DNA from: Phoronis australis
Lineage: Eukaryota; Animalia; Phoronida
Direction of reading: 5' to 3'
Assembly: GCA_002633005.1 (NCBI GenBank)
Contig: NMRA01000216.1
Span: 530,441-594,440, forward strand
DNA length: 64,000 bases
Position numbers and translations under genes: made by a program. Of the stretch, positions 40,182 through 52,341 are shown piece after piece (position 1 is the first letter of the stretch; every line of letters begins with the position of its first letter). The notes under the pieces are model-generated. The model was not told where the DNA came from. It saw nothing but the letters and a program-made list of their open reading frames with translations, and did not search any database.

Positions 40182-43100
40182 AAATACCTAATTTGACAAC
40201 ATTTGTTTTCTACTGAGCTAAACAGAGCGAAATATAACCTTGAAGTATTTTTATTTTCTATTTTGAATTTGTTTATGCTTTCAATCCAATTATCTTAAAT
40301 TGGTTACAATTCCCAGAACAACAGTCTGCAGGGTTTAATGGTACCAGGTTGTCTGTTCATATTTGTACAAGACATAGAGAATTCATTACATAAGCTCAAA
40401 ACAGCTGCAACAATAGACACAGGTCTATTATTATCGACCTGGAAAGTTTTTTATCCTTTGTTGTCGTTGTCCTTATTATTTAATCCAGAAGTGCTGTCCT
40501 TGGGTAACCTGTCGTTCATATTCGTAAAAAGTGCATGGAGATGTTTTCATCAGTGTGCACATGTTTTTGTGAGTGTCGGTGGAAATATTTGGCAAAATTT
40601 CAAAAATAAAACTCGCTATTTCAAAATTTGTGCTCATCGCAGAAATGAAGATCTTAGAAAAATGTTGACATGGTTTTAAATGGCCATCCCAGTGTGCCTT
40701 CCAAGTCCTTGCCAATAATCAAGTTGCCAGCTGCACTGGTGGAAGATGGACATTTTTCTGTTTATTTGCTCCATTTTTCTCCAGTAGATAACATTGATGT
40801 GTCCCGGTTGTGTTTGTTTAGTTAAGACATCCTGTATATTTGTTCCGACTTGTTGGTTGTCATTCACTGGCAATCAATTGTCTCTTTAACAGCCAGACTT
40901 CTCACTGAGGGGGTCTCTGTATTGGAGAAAAAAAGACCAAGGAATCTTATTTACTGCACTTGTGCAAACATTAAGCTTGGCTGCACTTCATTGAGCAGAA
41001 TTGTTTTGTCTGTTCATTACAGATAACGGCAACGCCAGCGTTTCGATTCTTCATTAATTATAGGAGCTCACCATGACAGAAAAGTGAAATTTGATTTTGT
41101 CCAAATTTTTAACAAAGATGAATATTGAGAAAGTTTTATTTGATTGTGATGATTTGTACTGTATATACCGACCAGCATTTAGTAAAACTTTGGCACTGGC
41201 AGTTATTTCGATAGTCTTCTAAATATAAAAAAATATTTCCCTAAATTAACTATTTTTGTCTAAAACTGAGGAACCAGGTCTTTTTTCAAAATAACAGAAA
41301 AATTACATAAATGATGAAAATGTGGTGATGGTAATATCACTTCACTATTTGGTGGGAGAAGTTTAGGAGCGCGCCTGGCATTGTTGGTGGAAAAATAATT
41401 TCATTGATGCACTGGGATTGCTCAAGCCAGACCAAGGGGGCCATTAAAATTGTAAGCAAAAAAGGACAAAAGACTATTATGGCCCACAGGTCCTCCAAAT
41501 TGGCCCATAGACTTGAAGCCGTGTGGGTCAACATACCCATCATATACCAACGTTTTTCTAAAATGATCTCGGTGTTTGCTGGTCTTATCATATTTTTTTG
41601 TCAAATATTTGGTATTCTACAAGCCTTCCTTTTGTAATCTTAAATGACTTTGCTGCAGTTCTCTAAAGACAGTTTTGTTGTGACTACAGACTAAAAGTTG
41701 TAGTTGTAGCCTATGAAACCAAGTATTTCTTAGGGGTCCACCACTGCTACTTTTTACCTGTGATATAGTTGTTAAAGGTCACCAGGGAATAAATGTTGGC
41801 TGAGTTTTGTTGAGCCATTCCATGACTGAATGATTTAGTGGCTTGATAGTTAAATAATTCTGTTTATGAGTTTATGGCCTCTGCTATGTTTTGGCTACTG
41901 TCCTGAGCAGACTCACAGGCAGTGTTGATCAGCATAAAGCGAGATAAGTGGGGAAACACCCACAGACTGTAAACTGATCAGATACAAAGATTCTCTGCTG
42001 TAGGCTCCAGCTGAAGTGATAGGCTGTGTGCTTGATATCCTGCAGTGTGGAACAATCTATGGTCAGAAGAAAAATGAAGGTAATGAAGGTATTTTATTTC
42101 AAGAAAATAACACTTGAATCTGAAGTTAGTATCGTGAAGTGTCACCAATTTCAGACTAAATCGATGGCCAAGATTTTTCTTATTTGGCATAGACCTCTTT
42201 CTGACTGTTTTGAATGCCCGCAATTTCTCAAAAAAATTCTCACGTATAGAACTTTAAATTAACGAAGCATTTTTGGTGTTTGTTATCTTTTATCAAAAAA
42301 TGAAAATATAAGTTTCACCTCACCGCCTTAATATATGCCAAGTTTGGGAGATTTTTGCGCAACCAGTAATAAGATGAAGTACGCACCTGTTCTAACTGTT
42401 AAAAACACAAGTGCCTAAACTGACTAAAAGTATGTTATATTAATATTTTTGTGATAGAAAGTTATACTTGTGATTGGGTGTACACATTTGACTAATTTAT
42501 TTTCATTCAATAAAAGTCCTTTTGATGGTTTGATAATTCAGCTTCTACAGGGGAATGAGTTATTTTTTACTCTCAGTAGAACAAGTTTTTCTCATCGCTT
42601 ATCCCTTTACAATTAGAAAAAATCAATAACATTTTTATGGCCAGTGTTAAAACGCATCACTGTTGATTGTCTGTTTTTAAAACTCCGTTGATAGGTGGCA
42701 CTCGTCACTATTTGAGCATATTGATTATGCGTATGGTGTTTTACAAGACCTTGATGAGATAATCTGCTAGCTTGCATACTAATTGAAGTAAATAAATTTG
42801 TTATGCACCCTATTTGCTAAGCTTTTAACTGATGATATAAACAGAGTCATACCGGCTGACACTACTTATGCGTTTCCCACATCTTGAAGGCAAACTCGAA
42901 TCTGTATTTACCTGCTCATTCAAGAAGTCAGGATGAGCCAAGTCCCTCTATTCATTGCTGCATTGATTTTCCGTTGACTAATTTTTTAAGTATTCTGTTC
43001 TATCGGTGATGCGTTTTCGACAAAAGATAATTACCGGCTAGAGCCGTATCTGGAGGAAACGGGGCTAAATTGTTGCTGAGGGCATGATTAGGGAGGATAT

Positions 43101-46100
43101 CAGAAGGTGAAAGCATACCGGGTAAGACCTGCCGTGGCGACTAATTGACAATTAAAACAACACCTAGATATCGTTATCTCATTAGCTAATTAGGTATCAC
43201 CTAATGGAATTGTGATTAGTACTGTCTATATCGCCTGCTGGGAAAATTTGAATAAAGATCACGATTCTATAAAAACTAGGTGACAGGAACACAATATCAA
43301 TAAAATAAAACAAATATGTTAAATAAATCTGATGATTGTGTGGTTTATGAAATACCAATGATGGACGATGCACAAATATAAGGTAGTTAAAATCATGTTG
43401 TTTCAAAGATGGTTTCTGTGCCATAAGAAATATCTTGCATTGCTTTTTTATACAGTAATGGGATTTTTCAAATTTGACAATAAGAGCTTTTCAAAATCAT
43501 TATTTCAGTCAACAATACTTCTCTGATCAGTGGTCATCATAAATTTGAGAAGTTGGTGCAGTCCAACTTGCTCTTTGGTGAAGTAATCACATGTTTCTTT
43601 CTTCCGTTTCCATTAGAGAACATACTTTTGTTATGGATCCCTGACACACTTCAGAGCCAATAAACATGACTTTTATTTGCTGGCATTATCTATTGTAAAC
43701 TCTGTGTACATTTTCTGCTCATCCACCCTCTCGTGAAGTTAATTGAATTGCACAGAATCGACCTGTACCTAAGTACTTGCCAAATATGAGTCTAGATTTA
43801 AGAAAATAGCAAATTGATAAAATGCGACTTATTAACAGCTGCTCGACAAAATTAGCCGGATTAATTAGTGTTGGATAGTTCTTGATATGTCTTGTTATCA
43901 TCGATTAGACCGATTTATCATGGTGAGTGGTAATGAAGATAATATTGGAATCAATTATGATGTAACTTTGTATTTACACTTAAATGGATTGAAAAGTGAC
44001 GATATCATTGTCGTGCTCTTGTCCCTGTTTGCGTTCAAAGTTAACAAATAGAACCCATAAGGTTGTCACACTCAAATAAATAGTGCGCTCAGAAACTTAA
44101 ATGATTTTCAATTCATGGAGGTATTAATTTTATTGGCATGAAAGTGTTCATTTTTGTTGGATCTATGAAAAACGAAGTTCATTTGAAAAATTTGCCGCCA
44201 CTAACCGTTTGTTTGCAGGGCACTTCATTAATTATGCTGCGAAACTGATTTTCCATCTTTTGAAGCTCATTTGATTGATGATCGGTGGTGTTTAAGACAC
44301 CTATTCTGTAAGATGCTCATGTTTCCTACCAGTCAACACCAGTCTACAAATAGACCTATTGTCCATTGCTGTCTGTTCACATTTCACGGACAATCTGCGG
44401 ACAAGCTACATTAACCATCATGTCTCTCAAACAAAACCTTGCCATTACCTAGAGAACGGGCAGGTGTCTTATGCGAAACTACCAACTCTTTTACTTAGTC
44501 TATTAAAAAGTGCTCTACCTACTTAGTTTAACTGTTAACTGGTAATTGTGTTAGGTTCCGCGGCACATAGAAACAAAACAAAAGCTCGGTCATTGCAGGC
44601 GAGAACGGTACAATTATCTTCAAGATTCATTCTCTGAGCAGGTGTTAATATAAGCTAGCTAGAAGAACACTAAGGGAACTCTTGACTGTATCTATCCATT
44701 AGATGCTATAATTGATAACTGAGACAAGCCATCTTCAAAACGAATTTAATTTCTGCTCATAATTGCTTGGTCAACTAATGTGAATCCGTTCTAGTGTTCT
44801 GTAATCAGTATGCCGTTTTTGTTTTGAGCCATTACTGAGAAGGTGAGCTAGAAACTCAATTAATATACTGGTATAAGTGCGCTAGTTTAAAATCTGTTTT
44901 TTTATCTTGGGTGTTTTTCTTGTGTTAAAACTTACTGTTTTCTTGCATTGGATTTTTTATTAATATAGTTGAAATGACTTCTGGAAAATTTTGTAATGCT
45001 TTAAACTTGTATTTAATTAAATTGTAATTGTTTTTAGTTCTGTTGTTAAATATCACCTGCTTTCTGCTTAAGGCTCATTTGCATAATTTTGTAAGCACAT
45101 CAACAATAGCTAAGTCGATCGTTTTACATCCAGCTTTCTTAACACAAAGAAGATGGAGAGATGCCAAAAGTATTCAGTAATAATTATTCTCAAAAAGCCT
45201 GGTCATTTACTAATACAATGTAACTGAATTCAACGAGTCATTGTGTTGAGGTGTCTCTCAAAAAGTGTTCGTGATGCTCTGATAAGCTGGCTGTTCACAC
45301 ACTCATATCTTGTCATGTGACACTTGAGGTTGGGTCATTATTTAAAATTTACATGACAGAAGTGCAGTTTTACTGGTGTTTCGTGGCTCGATGGACATCG
45401 TAATAATTCATCATCCACTTACTTGTCGCGATCACATTACCTGTTCACCGTGACAATGATCTGTCAGCACTGGTCTGCGAAAATGACCATCCTGGTTTGG
45501 GCGACAGGCTTAATAACTTAACATCTTTTTATCATTTGAAGACAGGGTGAATGAAGCCTGTCATTTACTTATGGGTCTAGTTTAAAAGGTTTTCTCCCAT
45601 CAAGCATCATCTTTATCAGTCAGTGACAGAGTGAATGGGAGCAGTGTTGTAGTTTTGTGTCTCCCTTAGATAACGACAAGAGCATCCTTCATGCAAAGCT
45701 ATGATAACGAGATTCACTTATATTGTCACCAATTATATTTGAGGGAGGACCGTCACGCATCCTGTCTGTTAGGATCCCACCCACTAATGCTCAGCTATCT
45801 TCTCGCTCTTTTGTCGAGGTGCATTACCCCCGCATGTATTGTCCGTGCGCTGTTGATTTAAGAAGCTTAAATGAGTTGGCGATGAGTATGTTATCTGTTC
45901 CATTCAACCGTTGCTCGATTATCTGTTCCTGACTGAGATAGGATAGGAAATTGCCTGAAGGAAGTTAATAGCATGAAGGTGCCATCAGGAAATGACCAGT
46001 TTGGTGTTGACAGCACCATTGGAAGTTGATAGGCGGTTTGTCACAGAGGATAGAAATGAACTGTACTTAGCAGAGTTGAAGCAAATTTATCATGGAATAT

Positions 46101-47486
46101 GCTTTGACTGTCAAATGAAATTAAGGTTTGTTATTGATTTTATCATTCAATAAATTCTTTCTTCAAGTGGAACTTGAGTTGTTTGGATTGGCACAAACAT
46201 CATTCCTTTTGGAAACGACTTAACATTATTGAAGTTTAACTAGTGTTTTATGGTGAACAATTCTATTATTTTTTAGTTCTGGTATCTTAATACACATATT
46301 TAGAATGAAATATTTACCTTCCTCTTGTTGTAGTAGGAAAACATTTATATTTGGGTGTCATTTTAATCTTTCATTGTCATAAACTAATTGCTATACATTC
46401 AGGGTTGGTCTTACAGAAAATTGCCTCATACAGTTAACAAAATTAACCAATAAATTAACCTGAATAGACCAATTCTTAAATTGTTACAAGACAGACTGCT
46501 ATCTCTGTGATTTCCAGGTAATCTCCTATGCAAACTCCTTCAATAGGTAGTCATTCATTGATGCACATGGGATTATCCTGTTGATTGCTAGGTTTATCAT
46601 CACCCACTGTGATAATATTGTATATTGTGGCAGCACAACTGACCAGCCATGTGGCTATTATGAGACAGGGAAGGAGGGGTTGTTATTGCCTGCTTGGACA
46701 TTTCTAAAGGAGTTGTTTGTGAGAAGTGTGCCCTATGGAAGGCCATTTATGACACAATGGACATGAAATTGCATCAATTATGAGCAGATCTTGCCTCAAA
46801 GCCACACATTGTTGATCACACTGTTTATCCCTGTTGGCTTTGCATTGTTGTTGTGTTAGCCTGGCATCTGATTAGTTAACTTAAAACTCTGACCACTGTG
46901 TGCCTAGTGCAAATTGAAATATTGAAGATGCCAAGCATGTGTCAATTTGAGAATTTGAATATTTGTTATTATGTCATCCCTCAATTCTTGTTAATTTTTG
47001 GTGACATTGCAGTGCTGTAGTTAACAGTCAATTTTACCTGCTATTTATACCCTGTGCAATGCTGACCACCTGTTACCTCAGGGACTGTGCAAAATCTTAT
47101 GACTTTTACAACAGACGAAAGGTGTTTTAATCTTTAAATCCTAAATAATGCAATGTATCCTGATGGAGTCTTTTGTACAGAAGCATTAAAATTACTGTAA
47201 GTATTGCAAATTTAATTAATTCACGGTATTTGCTAATTATTTTTTATTAAAACTCCCATCGGAATACAACATGCACAACTTAGGGTTGCTGTACTCTCCG
47301 ATATGGAGTAGAATAAATGGCACTTAATTACAACATTGAAGTATGCATACCATGAAACAGAGTACCCAACTCTCAGGCCTGTTCACAATAGGATGGGCCT
47401 ATTGATATGTACTGGGTGAACCCCATTTGATGAATGAATCACTGGATTCAATGTGCTGTCAAATGGCCCATCTTCATATTGTCAGT

Positions 47487-47794
47487 TGTGTTTGCAACAT
47501 TCCTGTGCAATATAACTGTGGGAAAATTGTATCTGATGAGTTGAGCGAAGTATAACTGCAATGTACGGCTACCAACATATATTAAAAAGATTTTAGAGAT
47601 TGCGGTCACAGTATTTGATTAAACTTGAAATCTGTTTTTGGGGCAAAAACACGTGCTCGTATCGATCAGGAGGTGCTCGAACATTAAGATGGAAAATTTC
47701 TGTCATTGTTCATGGTTGAAACCAACAGTGTTCATGCATGTGTGTGCAACGTTCCTGCACAGTGTAACCGTGGGAAATAGTATCTAGAGTTGAA
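47487..47794. repeat. Diverged ~57-bp direct repeat pair (47487-47545 and 47739-47794)
   Basis: tgcaacattcctgtgcaatataactgtgggaaaattgtatctgatgagttga vs tgcaacgttcctgcacagtgtaaccgtgggaaatagtatctagagttga. Confidence 0.75.
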
Positions 47795-48749
47795 CTAGGT
47801 GTGGTTATAGTCGCCAGGCTCTGGCCAATAGATTTTGTGAGAATCCTGCAACTTATGGTATCTGAGTTGAGGCGACAAGTGAAAGCCCAGTATTTTATTT
47901 CGGGTGAAACTGATTAACTGACTGTATGCTTATATACATTTCTTTTATTGACCATGGTTAAAATTAATAAACTCCTGTTATGAAGTACACAAGAAATATC
48001 ATTTCAAAGACTGCATTTTAGAGTGCTTTGTTATCCTTACTTGTTTTTGCATTATTTTTACCCAAAACTGGCTGCAGATTCATTAGTTTCATACTGTACA
48101 CAACCAAGTAAACTGGGGTTATACTAAAATGCGTGTATTGATGTAATCTTACTATGCCTTCAAGTGAGCACCTTTGGTAGAATAATCCTGAGGGCAAATG
48201 AAACTGAGACAGACCAGTTAATTCATGTCAAATGACTCAAGTGAGACATAAACTGATTCATCCTCACAGACATCAGAGGCTATTTGCTCTGGTAGGGCAG
48301 GGTATTAGGCTAATTTGAAGGGCAGATGATTACAGACTGCAGAGCCATTTCAGGATTGGTTTGAGTAGCAAATTGGGCATAGCCCCCTAAGGGCGCAGTG
48401 AACTTCCTATGTAATCTTGGCCATATCCCTGGTGCTGGATTGGGCCTTTATTCCTTCTATCTGGACTTCCTTTGAAGTGGTCCTGACTGCACCCAACAAG
48501 CTGTGAAAACCCAACCTAGTATTTCCCAGCTGGATGTTTAACTAGGGGATTACCTAGCCAGGTATCATTTATTCAGGTATCCAGGCACTATAGGCAGATT
48601 AACACATTGATGGGGGCAGTCAGGTACAGGCCAGCTTTGAAGTCTCCACTAATCTGCTCAACTATCATTTTGTATTCTTCTAGCTATCATTAACTGCCTG
48701 TTTTAATTAAATTTGCTCCTATCATTAATAGACTTCTCAGCTTGCCCTC

Positions 48750-49019
48750 TCATTGGTGCACCAGACTGGGTTCACATTCCAGCCTCGTGCTGATTGGTTG
48801 ATCAATTTGATTGATGTGTTAAGGCGTTTCTGATTTGTTGGCTACTTGTCACATGACCATAGTGAAGCAGATGACAGTGAGTGTGGTCCTTGCTGTGATT
48901 TGTACAGATACTTATCTTCTAATCTGTGGTTTGGTCTCAGTTTATATCTGATCTACTCTACTGTACACATCATTCTCTATTGAGCTGTCTGTCAGTGAGG
49001 ACTTCTGTAGGCTAGCATG
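48750..49019 (+). promoter_or_regulatory. Candidate internal promoter and alternative first exon for a PR-truncated isoform
   Basis: ATTGG 48752-48756, CTGATTGGTT 48790-48799, GTCACATGAC 48848-48857, CTTATCT 48911-48917, TGTGGTTT 48925-48932, Inr TCAGTT 48937-48942. Ends in ATG|gtaatt at 49017-49025, in phase with exon 3. Confidence 0.4.
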
Positions 49020-49265
49020 GTAATTCAGTAGATTTAATATTGAGTAACATCATCAATTAGTTCAGTTGGTATAACAAGATCATGTTGTTTTTATTGATGT
49101 TTTACTTGTGTGTTATCACTGTGCGTTCATTACTGAACATTTTCAGCATGTTCATTTTTCTATTACCAAGATAGCACGGTATTGGCAATTGCAACTATTT
49201 TTTTTCTTGGGTTACGTATTGTGATTATTTCTATTAAACTAATTGTGTTTTTTGTTGATTTTCAG

Positions 49266-49400
49266 TTGGTTGACGAAGTAGGAAAAGTGAAAGGTTGGGT
49301 GGATGCCAGCGAGAGCGATACTGGGAACTGGATGAAATACGTAAGAAGCACTGAGAGCCCTGAACAACAAAACATAATGGCTGTACAGTTTGAGGACCAG
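49266..49400 (+). CDS. PRDM16/MECOM: Prdm3/16 exon 3: PR domain core
   Basis: Acceptor ttttcag|, donor CAG|gtaata. 135 nt encoding LVDEVGKVKGWVDASESDTGNWMKYVRSTESPEQQNIMAVQFEDQ, which carries the PR motif DAS..GNWMKYV. Confidence 0.95.
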
Positions 49401-52220
49401 GTAATATACTTACTGATATTTAGTAAAATATTTTGAAGCTGCATTTCACCTGTTTTGGTAGCTAAGATCATAATATTGAATTCTTAAAGGAAATGTTGCC
49501 GAATCGGCTTGTGTCATTTTTCGAATTCACAATTTTGTGTTTGGTTGACCACTATAACCTCTGATGCGTTGAGTTGCTGAAGGTTCTAATGTTCTTGCTG
49601 GTAACCAAAGTAGAATTCTATCTGGCTAAGGAATGTTATGACTCTGATTTTGTGAGTGCAAAAGGCCTACCGTAATTCAATTTTCGTTTTCTAGCTAGCT
49701 TAACAGTAGGAAATGCAGGTTTAAGTGAACTAATGATAATAATTATATCTCAGGATTGTGTTTCTTGTAAATATGTACCCAAAGGTAATGGTAATAAGCT
49801 GTGAATGGTGTGAATAAGGAGTGGGTTTGTACCGTAAATTTCTGAAATTAAACGATCCGCTCTATTTACTGTGGTAATGGTTATAGTAAAGGAGTTGTAA
49901 TATCTATCATAGTTATAATAGTATTGGTGTTTTATGAATACACATAGTAATAATATGCTTAACAATTATTTGACATTATTAAAGACATTGTTAAAAGTCC
50001 TAAAATTGAACTAATATTACATGCTGTTCTTTTTAACTCTGAATTTCTGAATAATACCGTAAAAGCGAAGTTAGAAATACACTTGAATACTCTTTTGGAT
50101 GTTGCATAATTTTGTCATCTTGATAATGATTTATTTCTTGTTTAAAGTTTTTGATTGAAATATCACTTAAAAAATATAAATAAAGTGCAAAATAAAATTA
50201 ATCATGTTTGTTCAAAAAAATATGTTTTCATTTTTGAAAAACTAACTAGTTTGAAAATTTTAATAATTTCGGTATTTATTGTGCATAATGTCAAAATTCA
50301 TATAATGTACACTAAAATTACAACATTTCCTCTTCTGCAAATTTTCTTCTGCTTAATGTCTTAAAACTGTCCACATGAAGTTGAGATATCGTAATGAGCA
50401 TAGAATCCCTTTAGAAGTGCCGGTCAGAACCATTACAAGTATTGTGATTTGTCAGTCTGGACAAATTTCTTTTACAATGTTGCATAACACTACTTCCCCT
50501 GTCCAGTTCACTACATTAGATAGCCATTGGGTACTCATAAAAATGAACAACTAGAGTTGCCCATTGTGAATTGCGGCATTGCATAGGTTAGTGTTTTATG
50601 TTCTCACATTGAGTGAATATCAGTGGTGATTTTCAGGAGTTCAGTTTTTACGATCAGACACATTGCAGTGAAAATGCATACCATTATCAGGCAGTTACAC
50701 TTTGCGTTTGAATTATTCTGTCAGATCATAGCACTTCTAAAAGTATGCCCGAGTTGTCATAAAAGAGTAAATAGGTCTGGAGTGAAAAGAGTTTACAATA
50801 AGTTGTATAGAAAATGATTGACTAATAAATACATCTTAGCGGCACAGTTATAAAGTTCTTTGGTTGGAAATGATTCTTGCGAGATCTATAAAAGATAGAA
50901 AATAATGGATGTGTCAGGTAGATCAGTGGACGCTGTGTGTGGAAATTTATGCACATTTGTTGTTTATCACAATTTTCTTGAAAGTACTCCAATATTTGTT
51001 GAAGTTTGTTCTTTTTTCTTCAAGAAATATTACCCTTCGCGAGAACCATCATTCAAAAATAAAACCAGAGACTCGTAGTATAATTGATGCATTGTGAAGG
51101 GGACATTCTTTTAAGGAGATGATGCCGAAAATTCTTCTGTGATGAAATTAATGTCCATTTACAAATTCCTAGTCACCAATTTTCATAGTAGAACATTTTC
51201 ATATGAAATTTGTCTGGCATGTGCGTCACTTTTGATTTCGTAAAGTTCATGTCCTCAAAGCAAAATGCCATAGGTATGCAACAAGGCAGTCCTTACCACA
51301 ATTCACAAATCCCTGGTGAGGTCAGTTTATTAAATAAATACCACTTTTAAAGAGATGAATAACTGGACTTCACTGTTGGAATGCCAAAACACAATGCAAA
51401 AGGTCTGTCATAATTAGACAAGCATTGGTCTGTTTTCATTACAGGACATGTCCTGTACCTGTTATCTCTTAGATCATATCAGCATCCATCAGGTAGTCCT
51501 GATAGGGGGTAATCCATGTCACCACTGCCTGTGTGTGGTGGGGGAGACATAAACCACACACAAATTGTCCACTTTCTGGTTTTTATTGTTAAACCAATTT
51601 ACCTCAATGTTGGTCCATTGAAGAGGCTGTCAAATACAGCAACAACTGATCTTATCTGTTATCTTCAGCTATGATCTGGTTTTGTTTGCCTAGATAACTT
51701 TCTTCACAAAGCCATCATGTCAGAACATGAATCGGCCAATCAGCTGCCTTTGTTGTCTTTGTGCGTGTGCAATGGTGCATCTCCAGTTTTGAGCATAGTT
51801 CTGAGCAAACAGTGTTTCTACAAAAGAGGTTAAATGTTGGCTCTGCCATTGGTTATTGGCTGTTAAAAGACTTAAAGGAAGTGTGAATCTAACAGTTATC
51901 ATTCTGAACTATAGGGAATACCTGATACTTACAAAGACTATGAGTCAGATCTGATTCAGCGTCCCACATTCAAAAAAAGGAGGTTGCGGTTTGGTTGGTT
52001 GGTAGGATATCTAAAATCAATTACTATCTTGTGAACTACACAAATTAGACTCTTCATAGACTTGAATCACTTGGCTCTTTTCAATTCACTCTGGCAGGTA
52101 CAATCAAGAAAGTTTATCGGCATATGATATAAGAACTGAATAAGAATCGTCTTATTTCGGGTGTACTATTAAGCTTCCTTGTTGTTTTTTAGTAGATAAA
52201 ATTCAATTTTTGTATTTAAG

Positions 52221-52341
52221 GTGTACTACAAGGCGACGAGAGAGATCGGTCCTGGGGAGGAAATGTTGCTGTACGCCAGAGATGCTGTGTATCCCGAAGG
52301 AGAGCTGGAGTCCATGAAGCACTTACACAATGGGGACTTGG
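52221..52341 (+). CDS. PRDM16/MECOM: Prdm3/16 exon 4: end of PR domain
   Basis: Acceptor tttttgtatttaag|, donor G|gtaagt. Encodes VYYKATREIGPGEEMLLYARDAVYPEGELESMKHLHNGDL (cf. MECOM IFYRVVADIAPGEELLLF). Not in the ORF track. Confidence 0.93.
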
